Below the pieces are notes generated by a model, which was not told the origin of the DNA, searched no databases, and was given only the letters and a program-made list of their open reading frames with translations. From positions 192,001 to 256,000 of the forward strand of contig OZ245033.1 in NCBI GenBank assembly GCA_965224025.1: 64,000 nucleotides of DNA. The letters run 5' to 3'. A program made the translations under genes and the position numbers. Positions 46,116 through 55,166 of the stretch are shown piece after piece (position 1 is the first letter of the stretch; every line of letters begins with the position of its first letter). This DNA is from Candidatus Multivorans sp. Its GTDB lineage: Bacteria > Acidobacteriota > Thermoanaerobaculia > Multivoradales > Multivoraceae.

Positions 46116-46368
46116 GTCCCCACACGTGCCGTAAACACCCATGAACCTTACACTTACGAGACCCACCGGTCTGCGTGTCCCACGTTCCGGCCCACCTGAT
46201 TCTACCGTCGCGGGGCGGCTTCCGGGCGCTGGACTTGGCGTTCAGTCGCTCCGACAGGCGTTCGGGAACGCGCTCAGGTCGACGACCGGCGGCGAGCTCG
46301 CCTGGGATTATCGCATCCTAGACTCCAGGCTAGCACCCGCTCGGGCACCCACAAGCGCCGCAGGGCAC
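46116..46368 (-). ncRNA. ssrS: Probable 6S RNA
   Basis: 5' CCCTGCGGCGCTTGT pairs with 3' GGTTCATGGGTGTTTACGGCACGTGTGGGG; rod with central bubble; G-U pairs favour the minus strand. Confidence 0.6.
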
Positions 46369-46646
46369 GTTATCCATCCGCATCGCCCGCACCGCGCAGG
46401 TCGCCGACTCGAGCAGCAGTGGCGGCCGAACGAAGGCTACGCCTTCGGCACCGGCGTGATCCGCGGCTCGCTGGTCGGCGAGGCGGGAGGTCGGCGTCAT
46501 GGCGAGCTTCCCCCGGCGGCCGGAAGACGCTCTACGGCCTTGGTGGAGGAATGTGCCCGTCGGTCGGCGGGAAGTAGCGGTCCAAAGCGTCTAGAATCTC
46601 TTCGTGGCGACTCCTTCGCCGACTCGAAATCGAAGAGGAATGTCCA

Positions 46647-47432
46647 GTGAGCGAGAGACGAGCGAGGCGTGTCAGTTTGGTGGCGGTGATGGTAGTGCAG
46701 GCGGCAGCGGCGGTAGGCCAAACGGAAGAGCCGGTAGACGTGGAGGACTGGGTCTGCTGTCCGTGCGAGCGCCTGGCTTCCTACACTGGCGATCTCGCCG
46801 AAGCTGCGCTATGGGCGGCCAGTCTAGAGGGGAGTTTGGAGGAGTCGGGGCCTGAGGCTTTCGACGAAGGGACGGCGGCTATCAAGGCGATCTCCTACAC
46901 CCTAAACAAGGGCATGGGGTTTACCGCTGCCCGGCTGGCGGTCTGCTTGGAGGAGGAGAATCAGCCGTACTACGACGCTGGCGCAGCAGAAGCGGATATG
47001 AAGCACCTCGGATCGGTTCTCGATTTCTCCGCAGACCCGAGCTTTGGGAAGATCCGGCTTCGCGCAGGCTTTGCGCCCGACCCGCACACATCCGAACTTG
47101 TGGCCGGTGGCGTAGTGGATGCCTCCTCTCTCGGCGGGAACTGCATCGGCTACGTTTCGACTGCCCCCGATATCCGGTTGGAGTGGGAGGGGCGCAGCGA
47201 CGGACTGGCGATCGCCTTTCTCGCGGAAGAGGACGGGGACGCCACGTTGATCGTCAACACTCCGGAAGACTCATGGGTCTGCAACGACGACGCGGATACA
47301 ACCACTAACGATCCGCTCGTTACCTTGCCGGAGCCGAGTGAAGGCCAGTACTACATCTGGGTCGGTACCTATGAGGGCAAGAGGCGGATTCCCGGCGAAC
47401 TGGTGATCGGCGAACGGTTCGCTGGTCTCTAG
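46647..47432 (+). CDS. Secreted hypothetical protein with a C-terminal pre-peptidase (PPC)-like domain
   Basis: LRAGFAPDP, CIGYVSTAPD, LIVNTP..WVCNDD, GQYYIWVGTY. Confidence 0.65.
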   Translation: MSERRARRVSLVAVMVVQAAAAVGQTEEPVDVEDWVCCPCERLASYTGDLAEAALWAASLEGSLEESGPEAFDEGTAAIKAISYTLNKGMGFTAARLAVCLEEENQPYYDAGAAEADMKHLGSVLDFSADPSFGKIRLRAGFAPDPHTSELVAGGVVDASSLGGNCIGYVSTAPDIRLEWEGRSDGLAIAFLAEEDGDATLIVNTPEDSWVCNDDADTTTNDPLVTLPEPSEGQYYIWVGTYEGKRRIPGELVIGERFAGL

Positions 47433-47637
47433 CCCCAGGTCCGTCGGGAGCTTCCGACAAGACCAAGGAGGAAGGCGCAGCCCAAGCACAGAAACGGCTG
47501 TAGGACACCTTCAATAGCCACCTCCACTGTGACGCAGCGCGCCCTCGAAATGACCTGAGCGAACCGCCTGCCAAACGCCGCGTACTCTCGGCGGAGCAAG
47601 CTCTTGGGCACCATCCCCCGCACGAGATCGAATCACG

Positions 47638-48615
47638 ATGTCCCCGTTGCTCGACAATGCGATCCAGTCAATACGCATCGGCGTGGAGGACTACGAGGCC
47701 CACGACCCGGCCCGGGCACTCTCGGCGATACGCAACCTGCACGCCGGTCTGTTGCTCTTGGCGAAGGAAGTCCTCGTACAGGCGGTTCCGAATGCCGATG
47801 AGGACGACCTGATTGGGGCCGAGTACAAGCCGATGCCGGATGACAACGGCGGTGTGACATATGAGAAGCGTTCCGCACGGACTATCGGCCTCGCCGGGAT
47901 TGGAGAGCGTTTCAAGGACTTCAGGATTCCCGTAGATCGGGCAGCTCTTGAGAAGCTCAGCCAGCTCCGGAACGACGTCGAACACCGATACACCGAGAAG
48001 GCACCTGGCGTTCTGCGACAGACTGTCGCGGGCACGTTTCCGCTAGCGGCGCGGATGTTCCGACGTGTCGGCGTCGACCCCGTTGAGAGGCTGGGAGATG
48101 CTTGGAAGACGATGCTTGACGTACATGAAGTCTACGAGCAGGAGCTACGAACGTGCCGCGAGACGTTCGACCGCGTGGAGTGGCGGCATGAGGTCGTGGG
48201 CAGGCACCCGAGAGAATGTCCCAAGTGCCGCTCGGAGCTACTGGAACAGATTGGACCAGAGAACCGGGAACAGGAGTGTGCAGACTCGGCCTGCCGTTTG
48301 TGCGGGGCAAGGGTGAGCGCGGAAACTCTGGTCGAGAGCGCCATCGCAGCCCACTACTCGGCTGCCGAGTTCCTGGACTACAAGCACGGCGGCGACGGCG
48401 TCGTGTTCGACTGTCCCGAGTGCGGGCTTCACACGTATGTCGTGGACTCAGAACCTGAGGACGGAGGTTCAGAATTCGTCGGATGCATGGCGTGCGACCA
48501 CCGAGTACAGGGCCGATGTGCGCGATGTCAAGAGGACTTGACGCCGGGCAACCTCGGAGCGAACCGCTCTGGCTGTTGCGACTACTGCGAGCACATGCTA
48601 TTCAAGGACGACTGA
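47638..48615 (+). CDS. Putative HEPN-like RNase with multiple Zn ribbons
   Basis: Helical N-terminus with RNDVEH (Rx4H); six CxxC pairs in the C-half. Confidence 0.6.
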   Translation: MSPLLDNAIQSIRIGVEDYEAHDPARALSAIRNLHAGLLLLAKEVLVQAVPNADEDDLIGAEYKPMPDDNGGVTYEKRSARTIGLAGIGERFKDFRIPVDRAALEKLSQLRNDVEHRYTEKAPGVLRQTVAGTFPLAARMFRRVGVDPVERLGDAWKTMLDVHEVYEQELRTCRETFDRVEWRHEVVGRHPRECPKCRSELLEQIGPENREQECADSACRLCGARVSAETLVESAIAAHYSAAEFLDYKHGGDGVVFDCPECGLHTYVVDSEPEDGGSEFVGCMACDHRVQGRCARCQEDLTPGNLGANRSGCCDYCEHMLFKDD

Positions 48616-48890
48616 CCGCGAGCTAGCCGGCTGGCCGGAAGCGGCGTCCGCGTCTCGCTCATGGACTTGCAATCGGCAAGCCCATGAGCGACCGAGGCCC
48701 TCTCAGCGGTAGCGTTGCCTCGCTGCGGCGGCCGTCTCATCCTGGATCCTGGGGAGCGCCGGGACCTCGACTCTTTTCCGCTCCCTGTAGTCCCTGACGG
48801 CCTGACGGGGCCGCACCAGGATCCGCTCCAGTACCGAAAAGGGTCGGCACCCCCCTCGTATAGGGGATTATGTCGAATAGTGCCCAAGCG

Positions 48891-49328
48891 TCACGGGATA
48901 CCGGCGGCGTGGAAGAAGAACCGTTCGAGGTTCTCGCGCACGAAGACATCGAGAGCGATTCGTGTGCCTGCCGATCCGGGCTTGTGGAGGTGACAACGCA
49001 TCTCTACCGCGCTCCATCGAGGCGTGACGATCACATCTGACTGCTCCGCCATCAAGAACCGCAGTTGTAGGCCGGTCGACTGGAACGATACGGCAGCAAC
49101 CGACTCTCCGTCTCGTTTTTGCGCGACTCGCAACGTGAGTTCTTCTTTGACGACCTCGTACCGATACTTCTCGCCCCGGCACTCCAAGAGCTTGTTCATG
49201 TCCGCGGTATCGCGCTCGACAAGCTGCCGAACCTCGTTCTCCAAGAGAGAATCCGAGTTGCAAGCCGCACGTCGAAAGACCCATCGCGGAGCTTCTGTGG
49301 CGTTATCTCGTTGGGGTTCTTCGCTCAT
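48891..49328 (-). CDS. Hypothetical passenger protein
   Basis: ATGA-coupled to the upstream ORF; stop lies 1 bp from the left TIR. Confidence 0.6.
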   Translation of the reverse strand: MSEEPQRDNATEAPRWVFRRAACNSDSLLENEVRQLVERDTADMNKLLECRGEKYRYEVVKEELTLRVAQKRDGESVAAVSFQSTGLQLRFLMAEQSDVIVTPRWSAVEMRCHLHKPGSAGTRIALDVFVRENLERFFFHAAGIP

Positions 49329-49639
49329 TGGCACTGCGGCGGCAGTAGTTCTTCGATCTTCCGTTCGATGTCGGCGGCGGCATGGAGGTTCTTCGTGTAC
49401 TGCTCTATGGCGCGGAGTGCTTCGGCGTAGTCCACGTAGCGCGCATCTCGCATCTCGACCGGATAGCCGCCAGTCATTCGGACGTTCTGATCCGCGTCTC
49501 CGATGGCGCTCAGCATTGACGCGGCGGCTTGTGTCAGAGACCGAGCGATCCCCTTCGCCTTGGTGCGGTAGCAGGCTGCTGAATTCTCGGCTTGCCGCCG
49601 CTTCAGCATGAGGTCGCCGAGGCGTTCACTGTCCGACAT
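49325..49639 (-). CDS. Hypothetical helical passenger protein
   Basis: TGGTAAGAT-N7-ATG; divergent from the transposase. Confidence 0.6.
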   Translation of the reverse strand: MSDSERLGDLMLKRRQAENSAACYRTKAKGIARSLTQAAASMLSAIGDADQNVRMTGGYPVEMRDARYVDYAEALRAIEQYTKNLHAAADIERKIEELLPPQCQ

Positions 49640-49656
49640 GGAGGCCATCTTACCAC

Positions 49657-49685
49657 TTGACAGGACGGGCACTATCCTGTAATCT
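49657..49685 (+). promoter_or_regulatory. Transposase promoter (leaderless) containing a TIR sub-motif
   Basis: TTGACA-N17-TAATCT-N7-ATG; spacer holds GGGCACTAT, also present in the TIR. Confidence 0.75.
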
Positions 49686-49692
49686 TCTGGGC

Positions 49693-50682
49693 ATGACGAC
49701 GACACTGCAAGACGCACCCGGTAAGCACTACCGGAAGGGCATGAGCCTGATCGACGCGATCCGCCTGTTCCCCGACGATGCGGCGGCGGAAGCGTGGTTC
49801 ACGTGCATCCGCTGGCCCGAAGGTCCATCGTGCCCGCACTGCGGCTCCGAGAACGTCCAAAGTGGCGCGAAGCACAAGACGATGCCGTACCGCTGCCGGA
49901 CGTGCCGCAAGCGCTTCAGCCTCAAGACTGGCACCGTCATGGAGGCGAGCAACCTCGGCTACCAAGTGTGGGCGATGGCGCTGTACCTGCTCCTGACGGG
50001 TCTCAAGGGCGTATCGAGCATGAAGCTGCACCGTGACTTGGACGTGACGCAGAAGACCGCGTGGCACCTCGCTCACCGTCTCCGCAAGGCGTTTGAGGCC
50101 GAAGGGCCGCGAGTCGTCTTCGAGGGGCCGGTAGAGGTCGATGAGACGTACATCGGCGGTCTGCGGAAGAACATGCACGCGAAGAAGCGGAAGACCCTTG
50201 AAGGCCGCGGCACCGTGGGCAAGACCGCCGTGGTCGGCATCAAGGATCGGGAGACCAAGAAGGTCGCGGCGCGGGTCGTCCGCTCGACTGACGGCGGGAC
50301 GCTTCAAGGTTTCGTGCGCGAGCACGTCGAACCCGGCGCGACGGTGTACAGCGACGATACCGGGGCGTACAGCGGTCTGACCGAGTACGAGCGCGGCACC
50401 GTCCGGCACTCGGTCGGCGAGTACGTGGACGGCAAGATCCACACGAACAGCATCGAGTCGCTTTGGTCGATGCTCAAGCGCGCCCACAAGGGCGTCTACC
50501 ACAAGCTCTCGCCGAAGCACCTACAGCGCTATGTCGATGAATTCGCGGGGCGGCAGAACATTCGGGAGTTCGACACCATCGACCAAATGACGGTCGTATC
50601 AGCGTGGCTGGTCGGCAAGCGACTCCGCTACCGCGAGTTGATCGCCGACAACGGTCTGCCGTCCGGCGCACGTTCGGCATGA
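49693..50682 (+). CDS. IS1595-family transposase
   Basis: CPHC..CRTC zinc ribbon, QKTAW HTH, VEVDETYIGG, YSDD, HTNSIESLWS, YVDEF. Confidence 0.95.
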   Translation: MTTTLQDAPGKHYRKGMSLIDAIRLFPDDAAAEAWFTCIRWPEGPSCPHCGSENVQSGAKHKTMPYRCRTCRKRFSLKTGTVMEASNLGYQVWAMALYLLLTGLKGVSSMKLHRDLDVTQKTAWHLAHRLRKAFEAEGPRVVFEGPVEVDETYIGGLRKNMHAKKRKTLEGRGTVGKTAVVGIKDRETKKVAARVVRSTDGGTLQGFVREHVEPGATVYSDDTGAYSGLTEYERGTVRHSVGEYVDGKIHTNSIESLWSMLKRAHKGVYHKLSPKHLQRYVDEFAGRQNIREFDTIDQMTVVSAWLVGKRLRYRELIADNGLPSGARSA

Positions 50683-50691
50683 CGGCGGACG

Positions 50692-50747
50692 GCCAGCGCG
50701 CCAGCGCGCCAGCGCGCCAGCGCGCCAGCGCGCCAGCGCGCCAGCGC
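50692..50747 (+). repeat. Simple sequence repeat (GCCAGCGC)7
   Basis: Seven perfect 8-bp units counted directly. Confidence 0.95.
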
Positions 50748-50752
50748 CGGAA

Positions 50753-52105
50753 TTGTCCACTGCAACTTCCGAGCCCAACTGGAAGAACCGGACTTTGTTC
50801 CACCGGGACAACCTAGAGGTCTTGCGCGGCATGAACAGTGAGACGGTGGACCTGATCGCCACAGACCCGCCGTTCAACAAAGGGCGGGACTTCCACGCGA
50901 CGCCCGACAGCCTCGCGGCAGGCGCGTCCTTCAAGGACCGCTGGACGTGGGAGAACGACGTCCAACAAGAGTGGGTGGACAAGATCGCCGATGACTGGCC
51001 TGCGATCAAGGAACTGGTCGAGTCAGCCGGGGCGTGCTACGGCGAGGACATGGCGGCATTCCTGGTCTGGATGGGGATTCGGTTACTCGAAATGCGGCGG
51101 GTACTCAAGCCGACCGGGGCGATCTACTTGCACTGCGACCACACGGCGGGCGCGTATCTCAAGATGCTCATGGACGCGATCTTCGGGCGCAGGCAACTCA
51201 AGAACGAGATCGTGTGGCACTTCCGCACATCGTCAGGAGCACCCAAGAAGCACTTCATCAAGAACACGAACACGATCTTCTTCTACGTGAAGTCTAGGAA
51301 CTCCGTGTTCAATCTCCAGAGAGAACCGTGGCCGGAGTCCACACTGAAGAAGTGGCAGCGCGACTCCAAGGGGAGGGTCTACCGAACCAACAACGGCAAG
51401 CGGTACTACATCGACCCTAAGGGCAAGCGGATGGACAACGTGTGGGAGATCACGCTGTCTTCACGATCTCGGGAGCGTGTCGGGTACCCGACGCAGAAAC
51501 CGATAGCGCTCTACGAGCGCATCGTCCAGGCATCGTCCAACGAAGGCGACATCGTTCTTGACCCATTCTGCGGTTGCGCGACTACATGCGTGGTGGCGGA
51601 GAAACTCGGCCGACAGTGGGTTGGGATCGACATTTGGGACAAGGCGCACGAGACGGTTCTGGACCGCCTACGGAAAGAAGAACTGTCGGTAGGGGGTGAC
51701 CAGGGCGACCGGCTCTTCACCGTTGGTGACGTGGCCTACCGGAGAGACGTTCCGGTGCGAACTGACGATGCCCAGGTCGCCGCTCCCAAGATGCGTCGCC
51801 GTAAGTACTTCTTCGAGGACCCGCCAGACGGTTACACGAACCGCGAGCGGAAGCAGTTGCTCGTCGAGACCAACGCCCGCGACGGACTCGTGTACTGTGA
51901 TGGCTGTGACCGCGGATTCGACTCGCCCGAGTACCTGCAACTCGACCACAACACGCCGCGATCAAGTGGCGGCAGCAACAACATCTCGAACCGTCGCCTG
52001 CTCTGCGGCCCGTGCAATCGCCGCAAGTCGAACACACTGACGCTCATCGGACTGCGGAGGAAGAACAAGAAGGACGGATTCATGGCGAATCAGACCGTAA
52101 CCTGA
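50753..52105 (+). CDS. Beta-class N4/N6 DNA methyltransferase fused to a C-terminal HNH endonuclease
   Basis: DPPFN, YPTQKP, DPFCGCATT; CDGC...DHNTPRSSGGSN..N..LLCGPCNRRKS; true start probably ATG 50679 across the repeat. Confidence 0.9.
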   Translation: MSTATSEPNWKNRTLFHRDNLEVLRGMNSETVDLIATDPPFNKGRDFHATPDSLAAGASFKDRWTWENDVQQEWVDKIADDWPAIKELVESAGACYGEDMAAFLVWMGIRLLEMRRVLKPTGAIYLHCDHTAGAYLKMLMDAIFGRRQLKNEIVWHFRTSSGAPKKHFIKNTNTIFFYVKSRNSVFNLQREPWPESTLKKWQRDSKGRVYRTNNGKRYYIDPKGKRMDNVWEITLSSRSRERVGYPTQKPIALYERIVQASSNEGDIVLDPFCGCATTCVVAEKLGRQWVGIDIWDKAHETVLDRLRKEELSVGGDQGDRLFTVGDVAYRRDVPVRTDDAQVAAPKMRRRKYFFEDPPDGYTNRERKQLLVETNARDGLVYCDGCDRGFDSPEYLQLDHNTPRSSGGSNNISNRRLLCGPCNRRKSNTLTLIGLRRKNKKDGFMANQTVT

Positions 52106-52119
52106 TAAGGATGGAGTCC

Positions 52120-53436
52120 TCAATCGCAATGCTCGGCGACCAGATCGTCCCACGCGGCGCACTTGCTCCGGTCATCGTCCGAGCAGTGCCCAAGGCCCTT
52201 CGGGCAGAGGTTCGCTTGGGCGCGGTACAGATCGCACTGAGCCTCCGTAGGCTTGTTGGCCTCGTGAATCGTCTGAAGGCCCTCGACGGAGACAGCGATG
52301 CTCGCCGCCGCGCTCTTGCAACTGGCGTCTTGAAGGTCTTGCAGGTCGCTCGTTGCGCCCCTTACGGCGGCGCAATCAGTACCGGCCAAGAACGACCCGA
52401 CATCGACCCGATCAGCTTCCAACGTGCCTTTGAGGTTCGGGACGAGTGGCCGCCCGTTCTCGCGCTTCTGATGGATCTCCGCTGCGGTCGCGTCCAGTAC
52501 GTGCAGCCTCGAAGACCCGTCGGGGTGCGTGAGACTCGCGGCCCACGCGGCACCGGGATTCCTAGCGATCATCTTCTCCCAGAACGCCGAGACGCACCCC
52601 ACGTCGTAGCCCGCCCGCGCGGCCAAGTAGACCCCCGCATAGTCGGCCTCGACCTCGAACTTCGGCGCGTGGTAGAGCGCCCCGAGGGCGCTGTAGTCCT
52701 GGTAGACGCCAGTCGCGACCGTCACGACGGCTCCCAGCAGAGCGCCGAGGATCTGGTTCTGCTTCACGGCCGCGAGATGCCCGTAGGCATTGTGCGCGAG
52801 TTCGTGGCCGAGCAGGTACGCGAGTTCGTCGTCGGTCTTGATGAAGTCCATCGCGGCGGTCGTGACCGCCACCGACTTCCCGTCCGCGAATGCGTTCACG
52901 GTCGCGTGTTCGAGCAGGCCAGCCGGGTAGTTGCAGTGCCGAGTGCTCGCCATGTAGAGCGTGGCTTCGCCTCCGTCTCGAAGAACGGTCAGCCTGTAGT
53001 GAAGCGACTGCGGGCTACGCTTCATCCGTCGCTCGGCTCGTCGTCCAGTGCCGAGATCCTTCCCGTCGCGGGCCACGATCCGGTCGCCCGCTCGCAGGCC
53101 CGCCTTTTCGGCCGGGGATCCTGCAGCTACGTGGGTCACGGTCACGTACTCGCTCGGGCCGTACTTCGCCGTCCATGCACTGCGATAGGGCTGCGCGGCT
53201 GTCGCGAGGTCGGCGAACCAGAAACCCGACATCAACCGCGTCTTCGTGCATCGGCCCGAGTTGGCGCTTGTGAGTCGGAACCAGACGCTCTGGAGCCTCT
53301 CGAACTGCTCCATGTGCTTCTTCGCCGCTTCCGCGACCGTGGCGTTGTAGGCGGTCGGGTTGACGGTTGGTGCCGACGTGGTGGTCGATACGCAGCCGAG
53401 CGCGGTCAACGCCAGTGCGGCGGCGAGTCTCTTCAT
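52120..53436 (-). CDS. Lipoprotein: PDZ + M48 zinc metalloprotease
   Basis: Lipobox ALGC, GSPAEKAGLRAGDRI, VNAFA, HELAH, EVEADY, THP; RBS GGAGG. Confidence 0.88.
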   Translation of the reverse strand: MKRLAAALALTALGCVSTTTSAPTVNPTAYNATVAEAAKKHMEQFERLQSVWFRLTSANSGRCTKTRLMSGFWFADLATAAQPYRSAWTAKYGPSEYVTVTHVAAGSPAEKAGLRAGDRIVARDGKDLGTGRRAERRMKRSPQSLHYRLTVLRDGGEATLYMASTRHCNYPAGLLEHATVNAFADGKSVAVTTAAMDFIKTDDELAYLLGHELAHNAYGHLAAVKQNQILGALLGAVVTVATGVYQDYSALGALYHAPKFEVEADYAGVYLAARAGYDVGCVSAFWEKMIARNPGAAWAASLTHPDGSSRLHVLDATAAEIHQKRENGRPLVPNLKGTLEADRVDVGSFLAGTDCAAVRGATSDLQDLQDASCKSAAASIAVSVEGLQTIHEANKPTEAQCDLYRAQANLCPKGLGHCSDDDRSKCAAWDDLVAEHCD

Positions 53437-53662
53437 GGGGGCCTCCTCCAGTTGAGGCACCAGCCCCTGGATTGGCGCCGGGCCGTTGCAACCGCCATGC
53501 AGCGAGCACGGACAAGGCTCCCGCCTATTCGCCCGGCTTCGGGAGCTACCCGCAGCCTCAGAACAGGCTGTTGTATTCAGCGGATAACCCGACTCAGGTC
53601 CCGCTGCTGACGATTGCAAGCCGCTACTGTAGCAGCACCAGTTCTAGGAGAACGGAGGCAAC

Positions 53663-53851
53663 GTGAGCAAGAAGAAGCGGAAGATCGAACTGGTCAAGGC
53701 GGACTACCAGCCGTCACGGGCCGAACAGCGCGACGAAGTAGCGCCGCCAGCGGACTTGATGGAGTTGCCGCTGATGGAACGGCTTGCCGAAGGTGCGCGG
53801 CGACTGCTTCAGCCCGTTGAGATCACCTACACCAAGCGCCCGCGCCGGTGA
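53663..53851 (+). CDS. Small basic passenger protein at the right TIR
   Basis: RBS GGAGG, 62 aa, stop 3 bp from the TIR. Confidence 0.6.
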   Translation: MSKKKRKIELVKADYQPSRAEQRDEVAPPADLMELPLMERLAEGARRLLQPVEITYTKRPRR

Positions 53852-53881
53852 GCGGCTTGGGCACTATTCGACATAATCCCC

Positions 53882-54918
53882 TTTCGGATGGTGCGGGCGA
53901 CGGCCTTCATGGGTTCGACCTTGGAGCGGTTCACGTTGGTGCACCACTGATGGAGCATTCGCAGCACGACGTTGATCTGCTTGCGGTTGAGAATTTCGCG
54001 GAGTTGCTCCCGATAGAGCCAGGCGCGTGCGGTGCGTCGGCTGGCGACCCTCTTGACGAAGCGGTCGAGGTCGGCCCGTTGGGCCGGCGTCAGGGAGTCG
54101 CGGTTCTTGAGCAGCGTCCAGCGCAGGCCCTTCAGCGACGGATCGAGGCGCTGTTCGAGGCGCCGGGTCTCGTCCACCGCCTTCGAGGCCAGGGCCATGA
54201 CGTGGAACTTGTCGAGGGTCACCTCGGCGTTGGGGAGATTCTCGGCGACGCCCTTGAGGAAGGCGGCCGACATGTCGATGGACGCCCGGCTGATCGCGGC
54301 GGGATCGCCGCCGCGCCTTTGCAGATCGTCGGCGAACTCCTCGATCGTGCCGGACTTGCGTCCCTCGGCGAGGAACACCACGCGCCGGCGCTCGCTGTCG
54401 GCGACCGCGGTCACGTAGTCGTGCCCCTTGGCGCGGGAAGTCTCGTCAATGGCCACGTGGCGCAGTTCGGAGAGGTCGTCCCGGTCGACCGCCAGCTCGA
54501 CGTAGCGCTTGCAGATCGCGTGCACCCGATGCCACGACACCCCGGTCAACCGGGCCACCGCAGCGAAGGTCATGTCTCGGCACATGGCCAGAATCAAGGC
54601 TTCGAACAGCAGCGTGAAGCCGGACAATCTGCCCGACCAGGGCGGAGTCACCAACGCCACCCGCTGGTCGGGGAGTCGCACACGGGGCACTCGCGCCTCG
54701 AGCAGGCACTCGTGCTGGAAGAAGTTGAGGTGCCGATAGCGCTTGATCTGCGTGTCGTGCACCGGATGAGAACCGCCGTCCCCCTCGTGGGCGAATCGGC
54801 TGCCCTTCCTGAAGTCGATCCGTATCGTCAACCGACGCTCCCTCTCACAGAAGTCCACGCCGTCAACGAACCACGGCGCCGACACGCCCAGCGCTCTCGC
54901 GAACAATTCCCTCTGCAT
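53882..54918 (-). pseudogene. ISL3 transposase, C-terminally truncated
   Basis: YRHLNFFQ, IDETS, IDMS, DKFHV; C-terminal catalytic region missing. Confidence 0.88.
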
Positions 54919-55166
54919 CTCTCGTCCTCCTTCAGTCGGAACAGGAGAGACGAGTCTTGCTCATTCCGATCGCCCGCGACTACAGCCGCCACCCGAAATC
55001 GCCGCGAACGCCCTCCCCACCGGACAGCTTGCGCCCTCGCCGCTACCGGTCTTCCGCAGATTCCACAGCCCGACGGCGGCGGCTACGGCGGCGGAGGCCG
55101 CTATCCCAAGACCCCCTCAGCATCTGCACTCGCCCGCGCCCTACCCACTCGCAACTCGAAAGAGGC
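53882..55166 (-). mobile_element. ISL3-family element truncated by the IS1595 transposon
   Basis: End GCCTCTTTCGAGTTGCGAGTGGGTAGG at 55166; transposase cut at 53882. Confidence 0.8.

Larger units (their letters stand above)
48863..53881 (+). mobile_element. IS1595-family cargo transposon, 5019 bp
   Basis: Perfect 27-bp TIRs GGGGATTATGTCGAATAGTGCCCAAGC at 48863-48889 and 53855-53881; one transposase and five passenger ORFs. Confidence 0.92.

Noticed and set aside
46080-46420. tmRNA, tRNA or RNase P identity; ORF 46141-46650
   Set aside because: No acceptor stem, TPsiC arm or tag peptide; the 6S-like fold fits better, and the ORF has no recognisable features
50692-50747. CRISPR array
   Set aside because: Spacerless 8-bp tandem repeat; no cas genes and no repeat-spacer array in the window
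53827-53881. ISL3 ORF C-terminus KGIMSNSAQAAHRRGRLV
   Set aside because: Read-through into the IS1595 TIR, not transposase sequence
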